Made by a program: the position numbers and the translations under genes. A stretch of DNA of 53,421 bases, counting the filler, from Squatina squatina (taxonomy: Eukaryota): NCBI GenBank assembly GCA_031763465.1. It is 2 parts of 2 records of this genome, joined end to end, with 100 filler letters (N's around TTAATTAATTAA, not from the genome) between each part and the next. Parts side by side here need not be neighbours in the genome. Positions count along the whole stretch, not along the records: positions 24,922 to 53,421 come from JARFOE010000115.1; 1 more part is not named here. The stretch is one strand, 5' to 3'. The notes under the pieces are model-generated. The model did no database searches and had not been told where the DNA came from. It worked only from the letters and a program-made list of their open reading frames with translations. Of the stretch, positions 35,425 through 47,182 are shown piece by piece. Numbering within the stretch: the first letter of the stretch is position 1; every line of letters begins with the position of its first letter.

Positions 35425-36360
35425 TTCTACAGCTAACCTTAAAATAATTTCTTTCATAAATAGAAATTATCAATGTACTAGGCATGTTTCTTCTGGAAAA
35501 AGTTAAATTGGTTACAGTTAAGATTTTTGTCAGGTAATGTTTACTTAGTAGGAGACTGTCTTGCCTCCACTCTGCAACCCTTTCCCCCATAATGGCTGAG
35601 ACCAGAACAAACCATCTGAGGAAACCACCCGACAGCTGCAAATGCATTCAATTTCATCCACTCTTGCCTTGGCAACTTACCTGGCACTCCAAAAATCTCA
35701 CCTTTTGAAACATCAGATCAAATCTGAGTTTTTATATATCACCAAATTTAACTCTTCATATAGGATATAGATGTGAACCATATGGTTAGTGTCTCATTCA
35801 AGAGTCCTGAATAACACTGTATTGTTGTTCGTTCTTTTGAAAAGCACTTGCTTGTTGCAATTATGATTTTTGCTTTCTCAATTTCCAACTAATTACTGTA
35901 CAGAAAATCTCCAAAAATGTACCTTAATTTAATGGGGTTTTTTCTAGTACATTCCCAATGAATAGAATTTTATAGATTTTCAAAAATTTTGGATTAAAAC
36001 AAACATAGGCTCAACAGGGGGTATATTTTAAACATTTTAATACTGAAATCTATTTTAAATCTTGGTTTAATCTCACCTAAAAATACCAATAAGCCAAAAT
36101 CCACAAGAAACACATATTTTAGGTTATATTATTTTTGACATTAAACTCTTTTGAATAAGTTTCTGCATTGTAGACTATACATTTACTAAAACCTCAATTT
36201 AAATGCTACACAGTAAGTTTAGTATGCATCAATTCTACAACTAACCTTAAAATAATTTCTTTCATAAGTAGAAATTATCAATGTACTAGGCATGTTTCTT
36301 CTGGAAAAAGAAAGTTAAATTGGTTACAGTTAAGATTTTTGTCAGGTAATGTTTACTTAG
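35425..36360 (+). repeat. ~124-bp near-identical direct repeats (35425-35548, 36233-36360)
   Basis: TTCTACA(G/A)CTAACCTTAAAATAATTTC...GTCAGGTAATGTTTACTTAG. The copies differ by two substitutions and a 4-bp insertion. Confidence 0.92.
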
Positions 36361-36841
36361 CACTAAACGTGGATTCAATCAACTCTACTTTGTAACTGGT
36401 AGCGTTCTTACTGTTTAGAATGCTTTAAGTAAAGCTGCCATTGACAGAGGAAAGAAAAAAAAAGTAAATCATGCCAGATGGGGGTTTACCAGAAAATGTT
36501 GAGTNNNNNNNNNNNNNNNNNNNNNNNNNNNNNNNNNNNNNNNNNNNNNNNNNNNNNNNNNNNNNNNNNNNNNNNNNNNNNNNNNNNNNNNNNNNNNNNN
36601 NNNNAAACGCCACCCGAATTTTGCACCCACGTTTTTACGCTAAAAGTGGCCCAGCGCCAGTTTCGTGACGATTTGCCGCTGGAGGTTTGACCACGAATTG
36701 GCCGCCCTATATTTTATGACCAGATTTATACTTGGTTTGCAGCTGGATTTGTATCTTTGGGGAACTGGGCCAATATGTGTAAAAGCAGTTCAAGTGTAAC
36801 CTAAATGGAAAAGGCTTATGAGAATAACTTGTCTCTTTCAG

Positions 36842-37018
36842 GTGATATCCTTGGGCCTTCCATTAATGGTATCGAGGATCTGCTTCAGATGCCTTATGGG
36901 TGTGGAGAACAAAACATGATCAAATTCGCTCCAAACATCTACATTTTGCAATACTTGACGGCCATAAATCAAGTGAATGAGGAGATTGAGGAGAAAGCTT
37001 TGTCATACATGATCCAAG
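36842..37018 (+). CDS. CD109: CD109-like thioester-containing protein exon (GCGEQ)
   Basis: TTTCAG| 177 bp |GTGGG. Translates [50 protein letters not shown]. GDxLGPSING is CD109-like within the A2M family. Confidence 0.88.
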
Positions 37019-37375
37019 GTGGGTTTTATAGTTAGATGTATCACAGCAGTGTTTCTCACCAGCTTTTTGCCTTGAGGGCCTCTTTCAGGAACATGCCAAC
37101 AGTCGGCCTCAGCCTCGTACTCTGAGGCCTTTGCCTCCAGGCCCCAGCTCCCACTGAAGTCCCTCAGCCTCTCTCTCGCACTTGCATATTTCAGGGCTTT
37201 CGGGTTATGGCTCTAGCTCCACCATGGCTTCAACGGGAAGACCATCCTGCTCTTGGTACAAGTGCCATCCAGACCNNNNNNNNNNNNNNNNNNNNNNNNN
37301 NNNNNNNNNNNNNNNNNNNNNNNNNNNNNNNNNNNNNNNNNNNNNNNNNNNNNNNNNNNNNNNNNNNNNNNNNNN

Positions 37376-37530
37376 ATTTTGCACACTAACCTCTTGTGTG
37401 GGACCTTATTGAAAGCCTTCTGAAAATCCAAATACACCACATCCACTGGTTCCCCCTTATCTACCCCGCCAGTCACATCATCAAAAAACTCCAGCAGGTT
37501 TGTCAAATATGATTTTCCTTTCATAAATTG
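37376..37530 (-). mobile_element. CR1 LINE RT fragment
   Basis: [43 protein letters not shown]. Confidence 0.9.
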
Positions 37531-37582
37531 ACACACTTAAGTCACCGCTAAAGTGAGTTTTGTTTTTCTTCCCCTGTTTAAG

Positions 37583-37739
37583 GTTTCGAGGTGGGGCAAA
37601 TAGTTCGAGCACGGGAATGGTTCTGATGGAAGTTGGAATGCTGAGTGGCTTTGTCCCGGAATCAGATGGCGTTCAAACCGACGACCTCATCAAAAAAGTG
37701 GAATTTGAAGCTGGGCGAGTTAGTCTATATTTTGACTCG
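37583..37739 (+). CDS. CD109: CD109-like exon, A2M receptor-binding (MG8) domain
   Basis: Polypyrimidine tract and AAG| ... TCG|GTGAGT. Translates STGMVLMEVGMLSGFVP..DDLIKKVEFEAGRVSLYFDS, the A2M_recep motif. Confidence 0.83.
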
Positions 37740-39189
37740 GTGAGTTGGAGTGAGGAAGCAAACGCCAAGGGGAAGGGATTCGTCAACTCCACACTCCCAA
37801 CAAGGAAGGAGTGTGGGCCGGAGAATTCTCACTGCATTGCTTTCAGCTTTATCTCCAACCATTCTCTGTGCACCTCTGCCGGGAGCGGTCAATTTACCCT
37901 TCGAACCTCGTGAGGGGAAATGGCTGCAAGGTCTCAATTTATTGCCTGCAGATGTAAATCAAGCAGATCTCTCCAGCCCTTCGTGCCTTCACTGGTTGCT
38001 TCTCCTGTGGTGGGACGTCCATGAACCCACCAGTTCAATCACTTCTGTGTGCTGGAATCGCACCTGGTTTGGAGCGCTAAGGAATTTAGGCCCCATTGTC
38101 CCACAGCAGGCAGGTACGAAATTATGACACAAGCTCAGAACAACCAATAGCAGCAATATTATGAGATGCAGCTGGGGACTGAAACTCTCCTGCAATCTTT
38201 CCATAAAACACCATGTTTCAAGTTTTACGCAACCTAATTTTTGTGTAAGAGCTACCGTCTCTCTCTCTCTCTCTCTCTCTCTGGACCAGTGATAAGGAGA
38301 TTGTAGCAGATGCTGGAAACTAATCCAGTCTGTTTGTGTCACAATGAGTAGCCAGCAATTGCCAAAAGTTGTGCCTCTTCCAACATTTATGCATCAGAGC
38401 ATAAGAATGCACTAGCACCACGTTTGATATTCAAATTTGATATAGCTGGAGGGTTCTGACGCAGAGGTGAGTAGCAATGAAAGGGAAGGAAAAAAATGAG
38501 AAAGGTGTTGTCAGATCCAAGGATGTATTGAACTAATAGAATGATCGATTGAGAAAGAACACATGGAACACAGATGCAGTAAGGGATTAGTCTGATAAAG
38601 ATGATCGTTTAAACACTTTGAGATATCTGGCTCGACGTCTTGGTTATACTTTAACCATTGTACACAGTATAAAAGCAGACGACAATGCTGTGTTATGCAC
38701 AGTGCAAACTATTTCTTCCTGTAACACTGTTTAAGACCTGCTTTAATTAACAGGTATAAAACTTCTGAAGGTAGACGAGTGAACTTTACAGTATGTTTTT
38801 TAAAACTATAAAATAGAAAATGCCTGCATTATGTCAATGAAGTGACAGCGTAGAAGTTAGCAAGTAGCCAAGGCTGGTTATAAAGACATGGCACATTGCT
38901 GCAAAGTGTGCCGTTCAGCTTCTCAGCTGTTTAATTTCTTGATCAGAGTGGCATCAATTGAAAGTGGGATGCCTTATTGCACATCCCTGCATGGGCTTCC
39001 ACAGACTGAGCACATGCACGAGAAATGCCTCCTTCTTGCCCCTGAGCAATCAGATTTGAATCCCTCGTTGATTCTTTTCTGCATAAGTAGGAATCACCAG
39101 CACAAGTTGTGCCGACAACAAAGCTCCTCTAATAAAACAAGTTGTAAAAAGATAAACTAAGAAGCCCTTCCCGTAATATGCATTAAGAT

Positions 39190-39365
39190 ATACAGACTGG
39201 GAAGATCTCAGGTTCTGAGTCAGCTGATCTCAGGTGGGCGGGGATGCAACAGCCTCAGTTTCCCTGGATTGGAAATGAGGACATCTGCCAGGGTCCCCAC
39301 TCCTGGTCCTAGAACCCTTCCTGGAAAGTGGACATGTGTGGACATCAAGTGAGGGCAGGATCAGC
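39190..39365 (+). mobile_element. old SINE-like dispersed repeat (same family as 13350-13600)
   Basis: Shared motif order GCTGATCTCA..CTGGAAA..GTGTGGACATC..CAGGAT. Confidence 0.4.
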
Positions 39366-39499
39366 CCCCAAGCTCTAACTATCTGGACCCACGTACGGCA
39401 AGTGGCGACCTTGCTCCAAGTAGCTGGAGGTGCTTGCAATCTCTATATCACAGTTCCCGAGAGAGACGGGAGCTTTTACACAAAGGTTGCACTGCTTGA

Positions 39500-39665
39500 A
39501 AGGTAGAAGCAGTAACATTCAAAAGGGAAATGGAAAAATACTTGAAAAAGAAAACTTGGCATGGCTATGGGGAAAGAAAAGAGGCGTGGCACTAATTGGA
39601 TAACGTTTTCAGAGCTAACATAGATACGATGGGTGAATGGCCTCCTTCTGTACTGTACTGTGATT
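39500..39665 (+). mobile_element. CR1-type LINE 3' end
   Basis: VTFKREMEKYLKKKTWHGYGER, then ACGATGGGTGAATGGCCTCCTTCTGT. Confidence 0.65.
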
Positions 39666-41571
39666 AGGCTGCTTAAAACTCCAAAAATGATATTTTTGGG
39701 AAAGATTAGAGCAGAGTTTCAATCCCCAGCTGCATCTCATAGTCTTGTTGGTATTGGCAACAGTTTTGGTTGTTATGAGCTGTTGTCCTAATTGCTTAGC
39801 AGCCTACTGTGGGACAATTCCTGAGTGCCCCAAACTGGGCGCGATTCTGATGGCATGCAGCGATAGTGCGCCACAACGGAGAGGCCTGAGAGCCAAAGTA
39901 AATGGTTCCTCAGGCAAGGTTAGAATGAATCAGGCGGGCCATGGGCACCAATTAGGTATCATGGGCCTTGGACACAGCTCACCTGTTGGAGCCTTAGGAT
40001 TTCCACCTCTCCATAGAGCCCACCAGCCACCCCACCTCCTCCCCCACCCTGGATGAAGTCCTTTGCCTCATCTGAACCTCCTCCCTCTAATAGAGAGCTG
40101 GGTAAGTTATAGTTACAAGCACTAAAATCAGAATCCCTTTCACTTTTGGCAATTTCACACATTTATTAAATCCCTAATTAACTGATTCATTTTGAGAGAT
40201 AAATCCAACGACATTAGTGCTTTGCACAAATGAATGTTCTGCTGTGTGCAAAATTAAAGAAAGTTTATTTGCTAACTGGCAATTATAAACCTTCCCCGTT
40301 AACTAGAAGAACTTTCCTTTGAACTTACACATTGAGCAAAATGCTTTCTTTTTCTAACTTGGGTCCAGTTACTATTTGACAAGATTTCTCCCCGTTAAGC
40401 CAGTCAAATAGAAAACCAGCATCTCCTGACTTGCAGAAGGCACTTAATTCCCCAAGCCATAGGTGGCCTTCCTACTGAAGTGCGTGATCTCTGCCGCACC
40501 AACGCTTATTCGGTTTGTAGCATTGTGACAAATGCCATCAATGGTGTTTATGACACTTTGCGGCCAGTTGCCTCAGTATAAACTGGACCCTACTTACAGC
40601 ACTGAATGCACCATCCAGACATCAACTGCGTTCACTTAAAGGAACATATAGACTGCAGACATAGCCTAACGTAGGCCTTAGCTCTGGAAAACACTGGACT
40701 GTTTGTCNNNNNNNNNNNNNNNNNNNNNNNNNNNNNNNNNNNNNNNNNNNNNNNNNNNNNNNNNNNNNNNNNNNNNNNNNNNNNNNNNNNNNNNNNNNNN
40801 NNNNNNNCAAAGGGTGATCGAATTCCGCTTTAAAGTTCAAGGGAAGACCTCCAAGGCAGGTAGTGGTCAGTGGGTCCCAGACCCATCTCAGGGAAACGAA
40901 GGGCTTGGGGGATGTGACAAGGGGCCGGCTGACCTTTCAAAAAGTAGTTTGCTTTTCGGACCGACTATTTCTAAAACGCCCAATGTTCTCACTGCCTAAA
41001 GATAAGAAAGTAGAGCAGATAACTCTCTTTGTTTAACTGTTGTGTATGCTTCCACTGGGCTAGGGGAAAGAGAGATTGCAGGCAATTGTTTGATGAAGAT
41101 GAATAGGGAGCTGGCTAATTCTGCAATGGAGAGGAAAGCACGCTCACAGGATATTCTGTCACTGCTTAAGAATTGCTTTTAAGGAGTCCCAGGTGTGATT
41201 GGCTATGCTTTCGTTGGTTTATTACCCTGGCGTGGTCATAATAGCAAGGGGGCACCTGCGGTTTTGTGTTTTCTACAGTGTTTAGGTCACTCAACAGTTA
41301 GGTCATAAAACTAATCTGAAACAAATTGCTGAACCTTTACTTTGGTAACAAAGGAGGGAGAGGGAAAAAAAATCCCCATCATTGAGTAGTAAGGCGCCAA
41401 GATAACATCAGGATCTGTAATGGAAAACAGATAATAAGAAAAGAAAAATCTTCCCAAGGAATAATATATCGNNNNNNNNNNNNNNNNNNNNNNNNNNNNN
41501 NNNNNNNNNNNNNNNNNNNNNNNNNNNNNNNNNNNNNNNNNNNNNNNNNNNNNNNNNNNNNNNNNNNNNNN

Positions 41572-41786
41572 CCTGGTAAGGGCAGATTTCCTTAGTAAAC
41601 CAAATAGGTTTTTCTGACAATCTGGTAGTTTCATAGTCACCATTATTGGCACTAGCTTTTTAATTCCAGATTTATTTAATTGAATTTGAATTCCCCCATC
41701 AGCTGTGGTGGGATTTGAACTCGTGTTTCCAGATTATTAGTCCAGGCCTCTGGATTACTAGTCCACTAACATAACCACTATGCTAC
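41572..41786 (-). mobile_element. tRNA-derived SINE head (second family)
   Basis: Reverse complement GTAGCATAGTGGTTATG (box A)..CTAGTAATCCAG..GAGTTCAAATCCCACC (box B), followed by a body unlike the DeuSINE copies. Confidence 0.65.
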
Positions 41787-42134
41787 TGCATCCCTACCAT
41801 GCCTCTGATGCAAGTCAATGTTGAAAGCGCACATGACCTGCGAATACATTGCTGTTTTGTTAAGAAAGTACTGAAATGGCTGTTGAAAATTAGTGCCTGA
41901 GCTAACATTATCTTCAAGTCATTGAGATATGTACTGATGTGCTTGAGCATGGATACACCAATATGCCAAAATGGAAATAAGGTGGACAAGTCAGCCTGTT
42001 TTACAAGTGGTGTTTCAGTTAGTGTGTGCTGTAAAATACCAGCATGCCTTTTTGGCTGACTACATTTTGAGGTTATGAGCAGTTAGCCTTCAAGTAATGA
42101 TGCCTTTTTCTAATGCCGTACTTAATATACCTTT

Positions 42135-42322
42135 AGACCTGGCACCAAGCTCATGGTCTACAAGGCAGCAGTGGTACCTGCCCTCCTGTATGCATCGGAG
42201 ACGTGGACACTGTACAGCAGCCACCTCAACGCACTAGAAATACCACCAACACTGCCTCCGCAAAATCCTGCAAATCAATTGTCAGGATAAGTGCACCAAC
42301 GTCAGCGTCCTCACTCAGGCCA
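42135..42322 (+). mobile_element. RTE-clade LINE fragment
   Basis: GGCACCAAGCTCATGGTCTACA..YASETWT..EKYHQHCLRKILQI, homologous to 12200-12380. Confidence 0.85.
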
Positions 42323-42422
42323 NNNNNNNNNNNNNNNNNNNNNNNNNNNNNNNNNNNNNNNNNNNNNNNNNNNNNNNNNNNNNNNNNNNNNNNNNNNNNN
42401 NNNNNNNNNNNNNNNNNNNNNN

Positions 42423-42535
42423 CTGCAGTGCATCTTGTAGATGGCACACACTGCAACCACAGTGCACCAGTGGGGCAGGGAGTGAGTGTTGGAGGTGGTG
42501 GATGGGGTGTCGATCAAGCGGACTGCTTTGTCCTC
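42423..42535 (-). mobile_element. L2/CR1-group LINE ORF2 C-terminal fragment
   Basis: Minus strand gives DKAVRLIDTPSTTSNTHSLPHWCTVVAVCAIYKMHC. Confidence 0.6.
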
Positions 42536-43269
42536 TCGATTGGCAAGAGGATGTCACTTTAAATTGGTGCAAAATCAATTACCGTAGCAGAGCTGTTGGC
42601 AACAGGGAAGGAGAGGAAATTGAAAATGTAGAGAAAGCTGAAGTGTTGAAAGAACACATGGGTGCAACATGTGTGCAAAGAAAAAAGGAATAAATTCAGG
42701 CAGCTGGTTCCAAAGTAAACCCCACAGTTAAAAAAGCACAAGATATTTTAAGCCAGTGAGTGGAAAACACAATAAGGACACAGACGCTGTTATATAATAG
42801 CCCTGGATGTTAGTTCATGGAGATTAGCACTTCCAACCACAAACTTTCCTACCTAGTCTCTTAAAAATATGCATAGCGTTTCTCTTACGTGGCATAAAGA
42901 GCTGAAAACAACAAAAAAAAGTTAGCTTCGAACGGGGTAAGGTATTAAATGGCCACACTGCATTAACAAAAGAAATGCCTTTTGATTGGCTGTCGACCTT
43001 TTAAGCCTTGCGATCCAGGGGAAGTGTTTGAAGTGAAGGCACGGTTTCTGAGGTGAATTGCTCCCCCGATGCCCCTCCGTTCCTTATAGAAGTCCCAGCT
43101 CTCTTTCCATGGCTCCCTCCTGCCTGTGTGGCCCACATTCCGAGAAGGTAGAATGTCCAGCAAATCTTCGGAATACTGATTTTGGAATTACAGGGGAGAT
43201 CCTAAAAGTGGCAGACATTTCAAATTGGGGAGGGTAAATTGCAGGTTAGCTGTGATTAGAAGGACATTC

Positions 43270-43348
43270 CATGGAGTTCTTTGAGGATGTAACTAGTAGA
43301 ATAGATAAGGGAGAACCAGTGGATGTGGTGTATTTGGATTTTCAGAAG
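43270..43348 (+). mobile_element. CR1 LINE RT fragment
   Basis: [25 protein letters not shown]. Confidence 0.85.
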
Positions 43349-44520
43349 NNNNNNNNNNNNNNNNNNNNNNNNNNNNNNNNNNNNNNNNNNNNNNNNNNNN
43401 NNNNNNNNNNNNNNNNNNNNNNNNNNNNNNNNNNNNNNNNNNNNNNNNCCCTCTTGCTGTCCTCCTTCTTCTTTCTAGTTCCAAAGGTTTACACTCTTCC
43501 AAAAGCTTTATCTGGAGATTTTCAGTAAATGGTAACCCTACTTAAGATTAATCAAGTAGGTCCATCAGGTATTGCTCAATCACTGACATTGTGGCTGGTG
43601 CCAAAAATCATGTATAAGCGCTCCACCAAGCCAAACCAACACGCTAGACTAAACACACTGAATATTAAACAGACGCGGTAATTGCTCTGATTTTGCTTCA
43701 TGATCCAGCCTATGTTTGGCACAGCCGATGCTTCAAACTCTCAGACTACATGTGTAGGACTCAGCGTAACAGTTAAGTAAATTGGTAAAATTGAATGCGT
43801 TGCTTGGGTTCCTCAATAGCTGGCTTTGATCACTGGTTTTACCATAACTGGCCATACCTTGAACCGAATTGGGGCTTGGAGAGGCAACCGTTTTGGAAGC
43901 TGTTGTTCGCTTCAGAGTAACGATGGCGAGCTGAAAGCAGGACAGAGAGAGACTCCAAGAGAACAGTAACAGCAATGCAGTAGACATCAGTTTGGTTAGC
44001 AGGCACATGGCCAGGAATATATACCACGTAGGCATAAACGAAAACAAGATGGGGGGGCGGGTGGGCGAATTTGGTTTTTTTTTGGCGCTAACTGAGTGCT
44101 AAGTCAGCGTTAAGTGCTTAATGCTGATTTAGGGCGTTAAATTTATCGGCGNNNNNNNNNNCCCAAAAGAATGGTGCTAAACGGGCGCAAACCTGGTAAG
44201 GCTGGAAACTTTCATTTCGGTGTTAGGTGGCCTGTATGATGTCATCAGTGGGCGCAACACCAAAAATGGCCGCCTGCAGCTGAATTCGTCAAGGCTGGTG
44301 ACACTTAAAATTAGCGGTGTCAACGTCCTGTTTTTTGGGTGTTGACATGCTTCAGCTGATGATTTCCAGAGCTAACAAAATCTCTGGAAGAGGGCTTCCA
44401 TTGACAGTTGATTGGGACTTNNNNNNNNNNNNNNNNNNNNNNNNNNNNNNNNNNNNNNNNNNNNNNNNNNNNNNNNNNNNNNNNNNNNNNNNNNNNNNNN
44501 NNNNNNNNNNNNNNNNNNNN

Positions 44521-44679
44521 CCCGTCAAACCAGCCAGGTACTGTATTCCAGAGGCTCAGTACAACTCTATCCTGAATGATGTGTTGTTTGAAGACAGTGT
44601 GGTACGGGAAATGACTCGTGTCCAAGAGGATGATTTGTACAGCTTCCATGGGGAGGAACACTCGTCAGCCATTCCGTAG
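44521..44679 (+). CDS. candidate terminal coding exon, unidentified
   Basis: Open from the gap: PVKPARYCIPEAQYNSILNDVLFEDSVVREMTRVQEDDLYSFHGEEHSSAIP*. Protein-like composition, with AATAAA at ~44887. No family recognised. Confidence 0.3.
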   Translation, partial: PVKPARYCIPEAQYNSILNDVLFEDSVVREMTRVQEDDLYSFHGEEHSSAIP

Positions 44680-45435
44680 CCCAATGAGCATCGGAATATT
44701 CAAGCCAAAATCTCCTGCACCTTTCCTGACCAGAGATTATAGTGACTACATTCCAGACATTAACAACTGATCTGGGTGCAACAGAATTTCCCTGGTGCAT
44801 AATCTAGACAATGGGAATTGTACTAACAGAAGACTAGAAACCACAAAAAGTAACAAGCATTTTATGCCACAAGTACTTAAACTTAAATAAAACATTATGT
44901 CGAAAAATATGCTAGCTGCAAAAATACACCATGCTGTTAATAACTTATCACCAAATAATATTAAAATGAGCTGAACATGGAAACATTATCTTGGCTGGCA
45001 ACATGGCAAATTTAAAACATTTATCTTATTTATAGCACGGCCATCTGGAATGTGAAATGCATAATTTGTTAAGAGGGTAATGTCATCTTTACAAACGTCA
45101 GGACAAATTTCCAAAATGAGTCAAGAGAGAAGAGTGCAATGTTGTGATGTCATAAACATCAATCATACACACAATTAGTTAAACATTAAGACTGACTCAC
45201 AAATCCACAGCTCTCTGGCTAGGTTCTTGTTTTGGGATAACTCCTGTAGGATCGCCCTGGCCAAGGAGTTCCTCTTTGCTGATGCTCCTCACCCTTAAGT
45301 GAGCCATGAATTTTCTTCAGACTGATGGTTCAAAATTTTTGTGGTGGGCCAAAGTCTCAGCAAGCATTAATTCCGAGTGTCAGTATGTTCCAAGTGCATT
45401 CCTTGCAGATATCGCAATGTCGTTCATGACTCATA

Positions 45436-45546
45436 GCCTGTTTCCCGACATTACAACACTTCAAATAAAAAGCACTTCATTGGCTGTCAAGGGCTTTGGG
45501 ACATATTGAGATTGTGGAAAGTGCTATAGAAATGCAAGAGCTTTCT
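45436..45546 (+). mobile_element. DeuSINE-like 3' end
   Basis: CATTACAACA..CACTTCATTGGCTGTCAAGGGCTTTGGGAC..GCTATAGAAATGCAAG. Confidence 0.65.
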
Positions 45547-45721
45547 GTTGTGTTAACTGGAAGATGGTCTGCTTTAGAATTCTCAATATTTCGTGCCAAG
45601 TGTTTGCTATTTCATTGCCAAACATTGTAAATTGTTAATCCTTTTCAGCCACTTACACATAATTGCAATGAACTTCAAGTTATTTTATTCCTATGTTCTC
45701 TACCTTATGTCATCCACAGCT

Positions 45722-45778
45722 GTGTCAGCCATGGTTTAGTGGGGAGCACTCTCCTCTCTGGGTCAGAAGGCAGTTGGT
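45722..45778 (+). mobile_element. DeuSINE-like tRNA head
   Basis: GTGTCAGCCATGGTTTAGTGGGGAGCACTCTCCTCTCTGGGTCAGAAG, as at 49956. Confidence 0.6.
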
Positions 45779-46894
45779 NNNNNNNNNNNNNNNNNNNNNN
45801 NNNNNNNNNNNNNNNNNNNNNNNNNNNNNNNNNNNNNNNNNNNNNNNNNNNNNNNNNNNNNNNNNNNNNNNNNNNNNNATGCGCTGATAAATTAATGGCA
45901 CTGACAACTAAATGCGACTTGTGCGTGTAACAAAACATTTCACACATTACTCAGGGATTGGCCACCATTCAAAATCTGGGTCTGGAGAAGACAACTGCAT
46001 GGATTGACAGCTGGGGGCTCTCAACCTTTACACACGTAGCTCCCAATTTTTTTTCATTCAAATGGGTAAAAGAACGTATGAGAGGAGGGGTGAGAAAAAG
46101 TCACCACAAGAGAGATTCAATGGGTTCGAAAAATGCAGAGGAGCAGAGGGCAACCTGCTCGCTATTCTGATTTTTTTTTCTTCATTGGACAGACTCTCTG
46201 TTAAAATGCCCCTAATGGCTATCTGTCTGAATGTGAGTGATGGCTGGATTAAAGGCAACAGGATTTCCCATAGGCGAAGAAGGACTCTGGTATTTAGCTT
46301 GAGGTTTGCTTGTGGTTGGAAAAATTTATTTTTTTGAAAGAATACGGGTGGTTGTCACATGTGATGCATTCACCACCTGCCATGTTTCACGGCACTTTGA
46401 CTGTCTTGGACTTGCGTGGAATTAAATTTTGACTTATTGATTTCATGGAGATATCTCTGAAGAGCTTGGATATCGTGAGGTGAACAATATTGCTGAGTGT
46501 CTGTTCAACACATGGCCAGGATCTTCCCCCATGCCACCGATTCTCCATGCCTGTTTTTCCCATTTTTCCCAGATGAAAAATACATTGTTCTTTCGATTTT
46601 CTTGATGGCAACAAATCTACTATTTTCTTGCACAGATCCATTCGGTCCTCCCTCTCTGTTTCCAAAATCAACACTCATTTACGATGAAAATCAAATTTTC
46701 ATTTGTTTCCCTTCATGCAGCTTCTTGGTCTCACTTCCAACACTCCTGCCTGGCTCCTGCCAGAACAGATTTTGCTATTGTCCCCCCTTCCCTCCCCCCC
46801 GCCACAACACTTGGTTCTGTTTCCGCTCTTCAACCCTGGTAAATGAACTTTCTACTGTGAAACAACTATCTGTCATTGAATGGGTTCTCCATAA

Positions 46895-46956
46895 TCATAG
46901 GAACAGGAAGAGGCCATTCAGCCCTTCGAGCCTGCTCCGCCATTCAATGAGATCAT
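46895..46956 (-). mobile_element. CR1 LINE 3' tail
   Basis: GGCCATTCAGCCCTTCGAGCCTGCTCCGCCATTCAATGAGATCAT, as at 1190-1230. Confidence 0.75.
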
Positions 46957-47079
46957 NNNNNNNNNNNNNNNNNNNNNNNNNNNNNNNNNNNNNNNNNNNN
47001 NNNNNNNNNNNNNNNNNNNNNNNNNNNNNNNNNNNNNNNNNNNNNNNNNNNNNNNNATCAGATGCTGATGGACTAATAA

Positions 47080-47182
47080 AAAGAAAGAACTTCCATTTAT
47101 AAGAACCTTTCCCGACCTCAGGCTGTCCTAAACGTTTCACGACCAATGAAGAATTCTTTTGAAGAGCAGTCAAGGTTGTAAT
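47080..47182 (-). mobile_element. DeuSINE-like 3' end
   Basis: AAGAAAGAACTTCCATTTATA..CCTTTCCCGACCTCAGG..CCAATGAAG. Confidence 0.55.

Noticed and set aside
46497-47102. 201-aa plus-strand ORF
   Set aside because: Pyrimidine-rich non-coding sequence running through a CR1 tail and a 100-N gap.
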